Below are positions 38,335 to 48,500 of a stretch of 64,000 nt of DNA, in pieces. The first letter of the stretch is position 1; each line of letters opens with the position of its first letter. The stretch covers positions 13,179-77,178 of the forward strand of contig JAUWBD010000002.1 in assembly GCA_030605125.1 (NCBI GenBank), in the 5' to 3' direction. The stretch is from Verrucomicrobiota bacterium (GTDB lineage: Bacteria; Verrucomicrobiota; Verrucomicrobiia; Opitutales; Opitutaceae). A program made the position numbers and the translations under genes. The notes under the pieces were generated by a model. It did no database searches. It was not told the origin of the DNA and worked only from the letters and a program-made list of their open reading frames with translations.

Positions 38335-40074
38335 ATGACGCCCGCTCCGCTCCGGCTCCCCGGCACGCTCCCGCTCTACCTCTGGTCGTGCCGTCGCGCC
38401 TTCACGCCCGGCCTCTGCCTCGCTGCGCTGCGCATCCTCTGCATCGCGCCGCTGCCGGTCGTGTTTCAACGCATCCTCGACGTCCACCTGCCCGCCCGGG
38501 ACCAGGCGGGCATCCTCGCGCTCTGCGCGCTCACGCTCGGACTCCTCGTTGCGCACCAGTTCTTCAGCGTGCGCGGCGCCTCCCTCCTCGGCGCCGCCGT
38601 CGCCCGCTCCGTCCTCGATCTGCGCGGGCGCATTTTCCACAAGGTCCAGTTCCTCAGCCTCGCCTACCTCGACCGCCAGCAGACCGGCCGCCTCCTCTCC
38701 AAATACTCCTTCGACACGCAGAAGATCGAGGGGGTGATGATGCCAATCCTCAACAGCTTCCTCCCCGACACGCTCTACAGTCTGCTCACCTTCGCCGTGC
38801 TGCTGAAGCTCAACGCGCGGCTCGCCCTCGTCGTGCTGCTCATGCTGCCGGTCTTCGCCATCATGCGCGCCCGCTACTTCCGGCGTTTCCGCGAGAAAAA
38901 CGAGGCCCACCGCGTGGCGCAGGAGAAACTCGCCGGCGCGGCCAACGAGTTGTTCACCGCGCTCAAGCTCGTGCGCGTTTACGGCGAGGAGTCGCGCGCC
39001 GCCGGCCGCCTCGCCGCCGAGGACGACGCCGTGGCGCGCTCCCGCGTGGAGCTCATCGCCGTCTCCTCCGGCTTCGGCGCCTTCAGCTTCGCCGCCATCA
39101 AGCTCCTCTCGCTCGTCGTCATCGCCGGCGGCGCGCTGCTCGCCATCCACGGACAGGTGAGCGCCGGCACCGTGGTAGCCTTCGTCGCCGGCGTGCCCGT
39201 GCTCGTCGGGCCCGTGCAGATGTTCGCCCAGGTGAGCGAGCAGCTCTTCGTCGGGCAGGCCGCCTACCGCAGCGTCAACGAGCTGCTCGACGCGCCCTAC
39301 GTCGAGGAGTGGCGCGGCTCCGCCCGCCCCGAGCCGCTGCGCGGCGGCATCAGCTTCGACCACGTCCGCTTCCATTACGACGGCGACGAGCGCGCCGCCC
39401 TGCACGATCTCACGCTCGAGCTGCGGCCCGGCGAAAAGGTCGCCTTCGTCGGCCCCTCGGGCGCGGGCAAAAGCACCGTGGTCAACCTCCTCCTCGGCCT
39501 CCACCGTCCGCAGTCAGGGGAGATCCGGATCGACGGCGTCCCGCAGGCCGCGCTCGACCTGCGCTGGTTCCGCCGCCGCGTCGCGCTCGTGATGCAGGAA
39601 AACATCCTCCTTTCCGGCACCATCGCCGACAACCTCCGCTTCTCCCGCCCCGAGGCCACCGACGCCGAGCTCGAGCATGCCGCCCGCCTCGCCCACGCCG
39701 ACGAGTTTATCCGCCGCCTGCCGCAGGGCTACCAGACCCGCGTCGGCGAGCGCGGGGCCACGCTCTCCGGCGGCCAGCGGCAACGCCTCGCCATCGCCCG
39801 CGCCCTGCTGCGCGATCCCGTCATCCTCGTCCTCGACGAGCCCACCTCCGCGCTCGACTACGAGAGCGAGCGGCTCATCCAGCGCTCGCTCGACGACATC
39901 GCCCGCGGCCGCACCGTCATCACCATCGCGCACCGCCTGAGCACGATCCGGCACGCCGACCGCATCGTCGTGCTCGAGGAGGGCCGCGTCGTCGAGCAAG
40001 GCACCTACGAGGCGCTCTCCGCGCCCGGCGGCTACTTCGCGCGCAAGCAGTTCACCGCCGTCCCGATCGCCTGA
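38335..40074 (+). CDS. ABC transporter, fused transmembrane + ATPase (exporter fold)
   Basis: Walker A GPSGAGKST, signature LSGGQ, Walker B LVLDEPTS, IAHRLS. Confidence 0.92.
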   Translation: MTPAPLRLPGTLPLYLWSCRRAFTPGLCLAALRILCIAPLPVVFQRILDVHLPARDQAGILALCALTLGLLVAHQFFSVRGASLLGAAVARSVLDLRGRIFHKVQFLSLAYLDRQQTGRLLSKYSFDTQKIEGVMMPILNSFLPDTLYSLLTFAVLLKLNARLALVVLLMLPVFAIMRARYFRRFREKNEAHRVAQEKLAGAANELFTALKLVRVYGEESRAAGRLAAEDDAVARSRVELIAVSSGFGAFSFAAIKLLSLVVIAGGALLAIHGQVSAGTVVAFVAGVPVLVGPVQMFAQVSEQLFVGQAAYRSVNELLDAPYVEEWRGSARPEPLRGGISFDHVRFHYDGDERAALHDLTLELRPGEKVAFVGPSGAGKSTVVNLLLGLHRPQSGEIRIDGVPQAALDLRWFRRRVALVMQENILLSGTIADNLRFSRPEATDAELEHAARLAHADEFIRRLPQGYQTRVGERGATLSGGQRQRLAIARALLRDPVILVLDEPTSALDYESERLIQRSLDDIARGRTVITIAHRLSTIRHADRIVVLEEGRVVEQGTYEALSAPGGYFARKQFTAVPIA

Positions 40075-40091
40075 TTTTTTCCCGCCTCGCC

Positions 40092-42455
40092 ATGCCGTTT
40101 CTCGCGATCCCCGCTCCGTCGTCCGTCCAGCCCGAGGAGGTGTTTTCACTCGGCGCCTCGCGCAGCCCTTCCGGGGCCGAGATCCGCGTGGACCGGATGT
40201 CACTCCGCCTCGACGGCGCGCGTTGGATGCCCGTCATGGGCGAGCTGCACTACGCTCGCGTGCCCGCCGCCGACTGGCGCGAGGAGTTGCTCAAGATGAG
40301 AGCCGGCGGCATCGACTGCGTCGCCTCCTACGTGTTCTGGATCCATCACGAGGAGAGCGAGGGCGAGTTCGGCTGGAGCGGCGACCGTGGGCTGCGTCGC
40401 TTCGTCGCCACCGCCGCCGAGTGCGGGCTGCGCGTCGTCGTCCGTCTCGGCCCCTGGTGCCACGGCGAGGTGCGCAACGGCGGCCTGCCCGACTGGATCG
40501 TCTCCCGCCACGGCGCGCGCGCCCGCACCGACGACCCCGCATACCTGGCCTCCGTCCGCGCGCTGTTCGCGCAAATCTTCGCGCAGCTCGACGGCCTGCT
40601 CTGGAAACAGGGCGGCCCGATCGTCGGCTTCCAGATCGAGAACGAATACTGGGGACCCGCCGAGCACCTCCTCACGCTCAAGCGCCTCGCGCGCAAGGCC
40701 GGTCTCGACGCCCCGCTCTACACCCGCACCGGCTGGCCCGACCTCACCACGCCCATGCCCTTCGGCGAGCTCCTCCCGCTCTACGGTGCCTACCCCGAGG
40801 GCTTCTGGGATCGCGACCTCGCGCCGATGCCGGGCTTCTACCCCGCCTCGTTTCGCTTCACCCCGCTGCGCACCGACGCCGGCATCGCCACCGATCTGCT
40901 CGGCCAACGCGAGGCAGCCGACACGCCTGGCACCGAACGCTACCCCTTCCTCACCTGCGAGCTCGGAGGCGGCATGATGAGCAGCTACCACCGCCGCATC
41001 CGCATCGATCCGCGCGACATCGAAAGCCTCGTCCACGTCAAGCTCGGCTCCGGCGGCAACCTCCCCGGCTACTACATGTATCACGGCGGCGTGAACCCCG
41101 AGGGCCGCACCACCCTCCAGGAGTCGCAGGCCACCGGCTACTGGAACGACCTCCCGGTAAAGAACTACGACTTCCAGGCTCCCCTCGGCGCCGCCGGGCA
41201 GCTCCGCCCCCACTACCACCGCCTGCGACGCCTGCATCTTTTTATCCGCGACCACGGCTCGCTCCTCGCCGGCCTGCCCGCCCATTTTCCCGCCGACCGA
41301 AAAACCTCCCCCGACGACCTCGCCACGCTCCGCTGGTCCGTCCGCTCCGACGGCCGCTCCGGCTTCGTATTCATAAATAACTACGAGCGCCTCCGCCCGC
41401 TCCCCGCCAAGCCCGGCGTCCGCTTCGCTTTCGACCTGCCCGACGGCCGTCGCGTCGAGTTTCCCTCCGTCGTGGTCGATATCCCGGCCGACTCGACCCT
41501 CGTCTGGCCCTTCGGGCTCCCGCTCGCCCCCGGCGTCCACCTCGACCACGCCACCGCCCGCCTCCTCTGCCAGATCGACGAGGGCGCGATCCGCACCGTC
41601 TTCTTCGCGGCCACGCCCGGCGTCCCCGCCGAGTTCGCCTTCGACGGCGCCGCGCCCGAGATCCTCGCCCCCGGCCGGCGCGTGGCGCGCGTCGTCCCCG
41701 GGGCCGATGGCGCCACCGTCCGCATCGTCCTGCTCGACGACGCCGACAGCCTCGCGCTCTGGAAAGCCGACTGGCTCGGCCGTCCCCGCGTCTTCCTCAG
41801 CCGCGCCGCCCTCGTCTTCGACGGCGACACGCTTCGAGTCTCCGCCGAAAACCCCGCCGACCTCGCCGTCTCCGTCTTCCCCGCGCTCGCTCCGTCCGAG
41901 TCCCTCTTCACGCCCCTGCCACTTCACCTCGCGCCCCACCCCTCGGGCATCAACCATTGGTCATGTCAGACCAGCGCCTCGAACGCGCTAGAGGACCTTG
42001 GTCATTGGTCATTAGTTATCTCCCCGCTTCGTCCCGCCGGTCCCGCTCGCGAGATTCCGCTCGGCCACACCCAGCCCGCCGTCGCCGTCGCTCCCACCGA
42101 CGCCGACTTCGCGCACGGCGCCGCCTGGCGCGTCGCGCTCCCCGCCGATCTCGACCCCGCGCGCACCCCGCTCCTCCGCCTCCGCTACGTCGGCGACGTC
42201 GCCCGCATCCTCCTCGGCGGCCGCCTCGTCCTCGACGATTTCTACCACGGCGACGTCCTCGAGCTCGACCTCGCCCGCCACGCCTCCGCCCTCGCCACCG
42301 GCGCCGATCTGGTCGTCGAGATCCTCCCTCTCCGCGCCGACGCGCCCATCCTGCTCCCCGCGGGCCTCCGCCCGCCCGCCGACTCCGCGCCCCTCGCGCA
42401 CCTCCACTCCGTCGAGCTCGTGCCGCGTTTCTCCGCGATCGCCCGGCTTTGCTAG
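40092..42455 (+). CDS. Beta-galactosidase GH35-like
   Basis: MGELHYAR, YVFWIHHE, RLGPWCHGE, FQIENEY, CELGGG, YYMYHGG, YDFQAP. Confidence 0.88.
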   Translation: MPFLAIPAPSSVQPEEVFSLGASRSPSGAEIRVDRMSLRLDGARWMPVMGELHYARVPAADWREELLKMRAGGIDCVASYVFWIHHEESEGEFGWSGDRGLRRFVATAAECGLRVVVRLGPWCHGEVRNGGLPDWIVSRHGARARTDDPAYLASVRALFAQIFAQLDGLLWKQGGPIVGFQIENEYWGPAEHLLTLKRLARKAGLDAPLYTRTGWPDLTTPMPFGELLPLYGAYPEGFWDRDLAPMPGFYPASFRFTPLRTDAGIATDLLGQREAADTPGTERYPFLTCELGGGMMSSYHRRIRIDPRDIESLVHVKLGSGGNLPGYYMYHGGVNPEGRTTLQESQATGYWNDLPVKNYDFQAPLGAAGQLRPHYHRLRRLHLFIRDHGSLLAGLPAHFPADRKTSPDDLATLRWSVRSDGRSGFVFINNYERLRPLPAKPGVRFAFDLPDGRRVEFPSVVVDIPADSTLVWPFGLPLAPGVHLDHATARLLCQIDEGAIRTVFFAATPGVPAEFAFDGAAPEILAPGRRVARVVPGADGATVRIVLLDDADSLALWKADWLGRPRVFLSRAALVFDGDTLRVSAENPADLAVSVFPALAPSESLFTPLPLHLAPHPSGINHWSCQTSASNALEDLGHWSLVISPLRPAGPAREIPLGHTQPAVAVAPTDADFAHGAAWRVALPADLDPARTPLLRLRYVGDVARILLGGRLVLDDFYHGDVLELDLARHASALATGADLVVEILPLRADAPILLPAGLRPPADSAPLAHLHSVELVPRFSAIARLC
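41955..42019 (+). repeat. Intragenic repeat element, copy 1
   Basis: 33-bp core CATGTCAGACCAGCGCCTCGAACGCGCTAGAGG (41962-41994) flanked by TTGGTCA heptamers, inside the GH35 ORF. Confidence 0.8.
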
Positions 42456-42463
42456 TCCGCGCC

Positions 42464-43423
42464 ATGTCTCCCCGCCCCCTCCTCGCGTTGCTCCTCACCC
42501 TGTCCTCCGCCTTCGCCTCGGCGTCGCCGGCGCCCATCCGCCGCGACCTGGGCATCCACGATCCCTCCACCCTGGTCCGCGCCGAGGGCTACTGGTGGGT
42601 GTTTGGCACCGGTCACCAGATCCTCTCCGCCCGCTCCAGCGACCTCCTCCGCTGGGAAAAATTTCCGCGCGTGCTCCCCTCGCCTCCCGCCTGGGCCCGC
42701 GAGGTTGCGCCCGGCAACGACAAGGCCCACTACTGGGCGCCCGACCTGATCCGCGTCGGCGAACGCTGGCTGCTCTACTACTCGGTCTCCGAGTTTGGCA
42801 AAAACAGCTCCGCCATCGCGCTCGCCTCCTCGCCCGTCCTCAGCCCCTCCGACCCCGCCCGCCGCTGGACCGACCACGGCATCGTCCTCCGCTCCCGCCC
42901 CGGCGACGATTTCAACGCCATCGATCCCTCGCTCCTCCTCGACCGCGACGGCCGCCTCTGGATGGCCTTCGGCTCCTTCTGGGCCGGCCTCTTCCTCGTC
43001 GAGCTCGATCCCGCCACCGGCCTGCGCCTCGATCCCGCCGCGCCGCCGCTCCAGCTCGCCTGGTCCGAGGAGATCGAGGCCCCGACGCTGTATCAACGCG
43101 GCGACTACACCTACCTCTTCATCAACGAGGGCCGTTGCTGCCGCGGCAAAGACAGCACCTACCGCGTTCTCGTCGGCCGCTCCCGCTCCGTCGCCGGTCC
43201 CTACCTCGACCGCGAGGGCCGCGATCTGCGCGATCGCGGCGGCAGCCCCCTCCTCGCCACCGAGGGCGACTTCATCGGTCCCGGCCACGCCACCGTCGTC
43301 GAGGACGGGCCGCACCAGTGGCTCGCGTTTCACTTCTACGACGGCGCCCGCAACGGCGCCCCCACCCTCGGCCTCCGCCCGCTCTTCTGGAGCGCCGACG
43401 GCTGGCCCACCCTTTCCGAATAA
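42464..43423 (+). CDS. GH43 endo-1,5-alpha-L-arabinanase-like, secreted
   Basis: IHDPS, YWAPD, FNAIDP, FGSFWAG, IEAP, GPGH. Confidence 0.88.
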   Translation: MSPRPLLALLLTLSSAFASASPAPIRRDLGIHDPSTLVRAEGYWWVFGTGHQILSARSSDLLRWEKFPRVLPSPPAWAREVAPGNDKAHYWAPDLIRVGERWLLYYSVSEFGKNSSAIALASSPVLSPSDPARRWTDHGIVLRSRPGDDFNAIDPSLLLDRDGRLWMAFGSFWAGLFLVELDPATGLRLDPAAPPLQLAWSEEIEAPTLYQRGDYTYLFINEGRCCRGKDSTYRVLVGRSRSVAGPYLDREGRDLRDRGGSPLLATEGDFIGPGHATVVEDGPHQWLAFHFYDGARNGAPTLGLRPLFWSADGWPTLSE

Positions 43424-43448
43424 CCCAAAAATCTTCCGCCCACCCCCC

Positions 43449-45494
43449 ATGCGCTCCCCTCACTGGTCATTGGACATGTCAAACCAGCGCCTCGAACGCG
43501 CTAGAGGTCATTGGTCATTCCGCGGCCTCCTCGCCGCCACCGCCCTCCTCCTCGCCCTTCCGCCCACCACGGCCGCCGCCACCACCCCGCAGGTCGAGCG
43601 TCTCGGCCGCGGCCTCGTCGCCGTGGCGCAGCCCGACGGCCGCGTCTTCCTCTCCTGGCGCCTGCTCGCCGACGATCCCGCCGACATCGCCTTCAACGTC
43701 TATCGCACCACCACCCGCCCCCCCGGCGCCTCCGCGATCGACTTCGGTCAATACCGCTCCGTGCCCGACCTGCCCGAGGGCACGGTGAAGCTCAACGCCG
43801 CGCCCGTCCGCGACGTCACCTGGTTTATCGACCCCGCGCCCGCGCTCCAAAACGAGACCGCCTACGTCGTCCGCCCCGTCCTCGCCGGCGTCGAGCAGGA
43901 CGCCTCACGCCCCGTCACCCTCGCCGCCGGCTCGCCGCCGCGCGCCTACCACCGCCTCCCGCTCCAAAACCCGCCCGGCTACGAACCGCTCGAAGCCTCC
44001 GTCGGCGACCTCGACGGCGATGGCGAATACGAGCTGATCCTCATGCAGGCCGGCGCCTATCGCGACAACTCCCGCTCCGGCCCCACCGATCCCGCCATTC
44101 TCCAGGCCTACCGGCTCGACGGCACGCTGCTCTGGCAGATCAACCTCGGCAAAAATATCCGCGCCGGCGCGCACTACACCCAGTTCATCGTTTACGACCT
44201 CGACGGCGACGGCCGCGCCGAGCTCGCCTGCAAGACCGCTGACGGCACCATCGACGGCCTCGGCAAAGTGATCGGCGATCCCGCCGCCCATCACGTCAAC
44301 GCCGCCGGCCACGTCCTCGCCGGCCCCGAGTTTCTCACCGTCTTCGACGGCCTCACCGGCGCCGCGCTCGACACCGTCCCCTACGAGCCCGCCCGCCACC
44401 CGACCAACCCGCTCAACCCCACGCGCGAGGAGCTGCGCGCCGTCTGGGGCGACGGCAACGGCAACCGCTCCGACCGCTACCTCGCCGGCGTCGCCTACCT
44501 CGACGGCTCGCGCCCCAGCCTGCTCATGGCCCGCGGCTACTACACCCGCTCCACCATCGCCGCCTGGGATTTCCGCGACGGGCGGCTCGTCAAACGCTGG
44601 CTCTTCGATTCCGACGCCGGTCCCGAGTCCAACCGCGCCTACCGCGGCCAGGGCAACCACTCGCTCTCCGTCGCCGACGTGGATGGCGACGGGCGCGACG
44701 AGATCATCTACGGCGCCGCCGTCATCGACGACGACGGCACCGGCCTCCACTCCACCGGCTGGGGCCACGGCGACGCCCTCCACGTCTCCGACCTGAACTG
44801 GGACAACCCCGGGCAGGAGATCCTCACCCTCCAGGAGCGCTTCTCCACCGAGGGCATCTCGCTGCGCGACGCGCGCGGCGGGCGTCCCATCTTCACCGTG
44901 CCCTCGCTCAAGGCCGACGAGGACGGCGGCGACAAAGGCGAAGGCCCCGGCCGCGGCGTCGCCTTCAACATCGATCCTCGCCACCCGGGCTCCGAGGTCT
45001 GGGGCATCGGCGCCGGCATCACCGGACTCTACGCCGCCGACGGCACCCGCCTCGGCGACCGCCCCGCCGACATGCCCGCCAACTTCGCCGTGTGGTGGGA
45101 TGGCGACCTGCTCCGCGAACTGCTCGACCAAAACTTCGTCGCCAAGTGGAACTGGGAAACCGGCGCCGTGGACCGCCTGCTCACCGCCCACGAGTGCATC
45201 TCCAGCAACGGCACCAAGGCCACGCCCGCGCTCAGCGCCGACCTCTGGGGCGATTGGCGCGAGGAGATCATCTGGCGCACGCGCGACGGCTCCGCGCTCC
45301 ACATCTACACCAGCACCATCCCCACCCCGCACCGCATGGTCACGCTGATGCAGGACCCGCAATACCGCTGCGCGATCGCCTGGCAAAACGTCGCCTACAA
45401 CCAGCCCCCGCACCCCGGCTTCGCGCTCGATCCCGGCCTGCCGCTCCCCGTGCGCCGCGAGGTCCGCGTCGGCCCCGCGGGCGGCCGTGATTGA
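43449..45494 (+). CDS. Rhamnogalacturonan lyase PL11, paralog 3
   Basis: ERLGRGLVA, GDLDGDG, NIRAGAHYTQF, GHGDALH, NGTKATP, WQNVAYNQPPH; start 43449 or 43476. Confidence 0.92.
   Translation: MRSPHWSLDMSNQRLERARGHWSFRGLLAATALLLALPPTTAAATTPQVERLGRGLVAVAQPDGRVFLSWRLLADDPADIAFNVYRTTTRPPGASAIDFGQYRSVPDLPEGTVKLNAAPVRDVTWFIDPAPALQNETAYVVRPVLAGVEQDASRPVTLAAGSPPRAYHRLPLQNPPGYEPLEASVGDLDGDGEYELILMQAGAYRDNSRSGPTDPAILQAYRLDGTLLWQINLGKNIRAGAHYTQFIVYDLDGDGRAELACKTADGTIDGLGKVIGDPAAHHVNAAGHVLAGPEFLTVFDGLTGAALDTVPYEPARHPTNPLNPTREELRAVWGDGNGNRSDRYLAGVAYLDGSRPSLLMARGYYTRSTIAAWDFRDGRLVKRWLFDSDAGPESNRAYRGQGNHSLSVADVDGDGRDEIIYGAAVIDDDGTGLHSTGWGHGDALHVSDLNWDNPGQEILTLQERFSTEGISLRDARGGRPIFTVPSLKADEDGGDKGEGPGRGVAFNIDPRHPGSEVWGIGAGITGLYAADGTRLGDRPADMPANFAVWWDGDLLRELLDQNFVAKWNWETGAVDRLLTAHECISSNGTKATPALSADLWGDWREEIIWRTRDGSALHIYTSTIPTPHRMVTLMQDPQYRCAIAWQNVAYNQPPHPGFALDPGLPLPVRREVRVGPAGGRD
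43461..43519 (+). repeat. Intragenic repeat element, copy 2
   Basis: Core CATGTCAAACCAGCGCCTCGAACGCGCTAGAGG (43475-43507), 32/33 identical to copy 1, with TGGTCAT heptamers. Confidence 0.8.
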
Positions 45495-45513
45495 TCGCGA
45501 TCGGTCGCGATAA

Positions 45514-45526
45514 TCTGACTGTTCGA
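45514..45526. promoter_or_regulatory. Operator-like palindrome (motif A)
   Basis: TCTGAC-T-GTTCGA upstream of the PL4 gene. Confidence 0.55.
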
Positions 45527-45595
45527 TCCCGGGCGTCTGCCGTTGCGCGACCGGCCCGCGCAAGCTCGGGGCGCTTTACCCCGCCCGCCCCGATC

Positions 45596-48500
45596 ATGCC
45601 CCGTTTTTTGCGCGTCCTCGCCCTTCTCTGCGCCCTGTCCGTCTTCATCGACGACGCACGGCTCCACGCCTTCGGCCTCAGCTCCACCTCGACCTACTTC
45701 CAGGTCGATACTGGCGCGGGCCTCGTCTTTCGCGTCCGCCGCACCGACAACGGCTCCAACACCCAGTCCGCCGGCGACATCATGAGCCTCGTGTGGAACG
45801 GCGTGGAGTATCAAAACCAGTCGCGCGGCTCCCAGGTCACCTCCGGCTTCGACTACCTCTACACCGGCGTCTCCGCCGTCAGCGTCTCCGCCGCCACGGT
45901 GGGCAACGACTTCATCAAGGTCACCGTCAGCGCCGGCGACCTCACCCACTACTACATGGCGCGCCGCGGCCTGCCCCACATCTACATGGGCACGCACTTC
46001 AGCACCCAGCCCGACATCCACGGGCTCGTGCGCTACATCTTTCGCATCCCGCAACACCTCCTGCCCAACGGCCCCGCGCCGTCCGACATCCGCCAGACCA
46101 CCAGCACCATCGAATCCGGCGACATCTTCGCGCTCCCCAACGGCCAGTCGCGCTCCAAGCACTACTCGAACATGCGGCTCAAGGACTGGGCGCACATCGG
46201 CGCCACCGGGCCCAACGTCGGCCTCTGGATGCTGCGCGACGATCACGAGGGCGGCTCCGGCGGGCCCTTCTACCGCTCGCTCCTCAACCAGTGCGGCGAC
46301 GACCAGGAGATCACCTACATCGTCAACTACGGCCAGGCCCAGACCGAGGCCTTCCGTCCCGGCATCCTCAACACCTACACCACCGTCTTCACCACCGGCG
46401 GCCCGCCCCCCGCCACGGTGGACACCTCCTGGTTCGCGCAGATGGGCCTGCTCGGCTTTCTCCCGCCCTCCGGCCGCGGCGGCGTCCGCGGCACCGCCAT
46501 CGCCAACCGCGACACCGCCTTCGACTACACCGTCGGTCTCGCCAACTCCACCGCCCAATACTGGGCCGACGCCGACCCCGTCACCGGCGCCTTCCTCCGC
46601 GAGGATGTCCGCCCCGGCGACTACACGCTCACCGTCTATAAAAACGAACTCGCGGTCCACACCGCCTCCGTCTCCGTCGCCGCCGGCGTCATCACCGAGT
46701 TGCCCGCCATCACACTCGCCGCCGACCCCGCCCGCACCGCGCCGCTCTGGCGCGTCGGCGCCTGGGACGGCACTCCGCTCGAGCTCTCGAACGGGCCGCT
46801 CGTCACCACGATGCACCCCTCCGATCCGCGTCTCGCCACCTGGACGCCCGGCACCTTCGTCGTCGGCCAGTCCGATCCCGCCACCGCCTTCCCCTGCTAC
46901 CAGTGGACCGCGGTCAACGGCTCGCAAACCATCCAGTTCCAGCTCGCCGCCGGCCAGCAGGTCGCCTCCACCGTGCGCGTCGGTATCACCGTCGCCTACG
47001 CCAACGCCCGCCCCCGCATCACGGTCAACAACTGGACCTCCTCCATCCCCGCCATCTCCACCCAGCCCGGCACGCGCACGCTCACCACCGGCAGCTACCG
47101 CGGCAACAACACCACCTACACCTTCAGCGTGCCCGCCAGCGCCCTCGTCGTCGGCACCAACACGCTCACGCTCAGCCCCGTCAGCGGCTCCGGCGGCACC
47201 GGTTTCCTCAGCGCCGGCTACAGCCTCGACTGCGTAGACTTTTTCCAAGGCGCCGCGACCACCCGCGAGCTGCCCGCCGCGGTCTCCGGCCTCGCCGTCG
47301 TGCGGCCGCCCTCCGTCCGCCGCGCCGACCTGTCGTGGAGCGTCGTGGCCGGCGCCGCCGGCTATCGTATCACCCGCGCCACTACGCCCTCCGGTCCCTG
47401 GACCGTCCTCGCCGCCAACCACGCCGCCACCACCTACACCGACGCCGCCGTGGCCGACGCCTCCGTCTTCCACTACCGCGTCGCCGCCAACAACAGCACC
47501 GGCTCCGGCCCCTTCGCCACCGCCAGCATCGCCCTCGACATCCCGCCCCGCCCCGCCGCCGCCCTCGTCTGGACCGCCGCCGAGTCCGCGCTCTGGGACG
47601 GCGCCGCGCTCAACTGGCGCGAGCAGGCGGGCGCCGCGCCCGACTTCTTCCTCGATGGCGACCAAGTCCGTTTCGACGACAGCGCCCCCGCCACCTCCGT
47701 CACCCTCGTCGGCACGCTTCGGCCCGCCGCCACCGTCGTGGACACCGCCGCCGCCTACGCCTTCTCCGGCGCCGGCGCGCTCTCCGGCTCCGGCACGCTG
47801 CAAAAATCCGGCGCCGGCACGCTCACGCTCAACAACGTCAACAGCCTCGCCGGCGCCACCACCGTCTCAGCCGGCACCCTCGCCCTCGGCGGCGGCGCGG
47901 CCCTCGGCGCGAGCGAGGTCACGCTCCTCTCCGGCGCGGCCTTCCGCCTCGCCGGCGCGGGCACCACCTTCGTCGGCAGCCCGCTTCGCCTCCCCGCCGG
48001 CGCCAGCGCCACGCTCTCCTCCGCCGCGCTCGGCAACGGCTACGGCGGCGCCGTCGCGGGCCCGGCCGGCTCCACCCTCACGCTCTCCGGCCCGGTCAGC
48101 TTCAACGTCTCCGGCTCCGCCCAGCTCGCCGCCTTCGCCGGCGTGCTCGAGATTCCCGCCGGCTCGCAACTGCGTTTCTCCTCCACCTCGGGAGCCAACG
48201 GCAACGGCGGCGCCAACACCCATTTCGTCGTCCACGGCCTGCTCAACACCCGCAACGCCTCCGGCGCGGGCGGCGTCGTCCTCGGCGCGCTCTCCGGCTC
48301 GGGCCGCGTCGAGGGCCAGACCAACACCACCGCCGGCACCGTCACCTACCTCGTCGGCGGCAAGGGCCTCGACACCACCTTCTCCGGCGTCATCGCCAAC
48401 GGGGCCAACGGCGCCGCCGCCCTCACCAAGCTCGGCTCCGGCGCGCTCACGCTCACCGGCGCCCACACCTACACCGGCGCCACCACCGTCAACGCCGGCT

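Noticed and set aside
38316-42455. Apparent 1379-aa ORF suggesting a giant fusion
   Set aside because: The first ~590 aa are an off-frame read of the ABC gene; the real GH35 starts at ATG 40092
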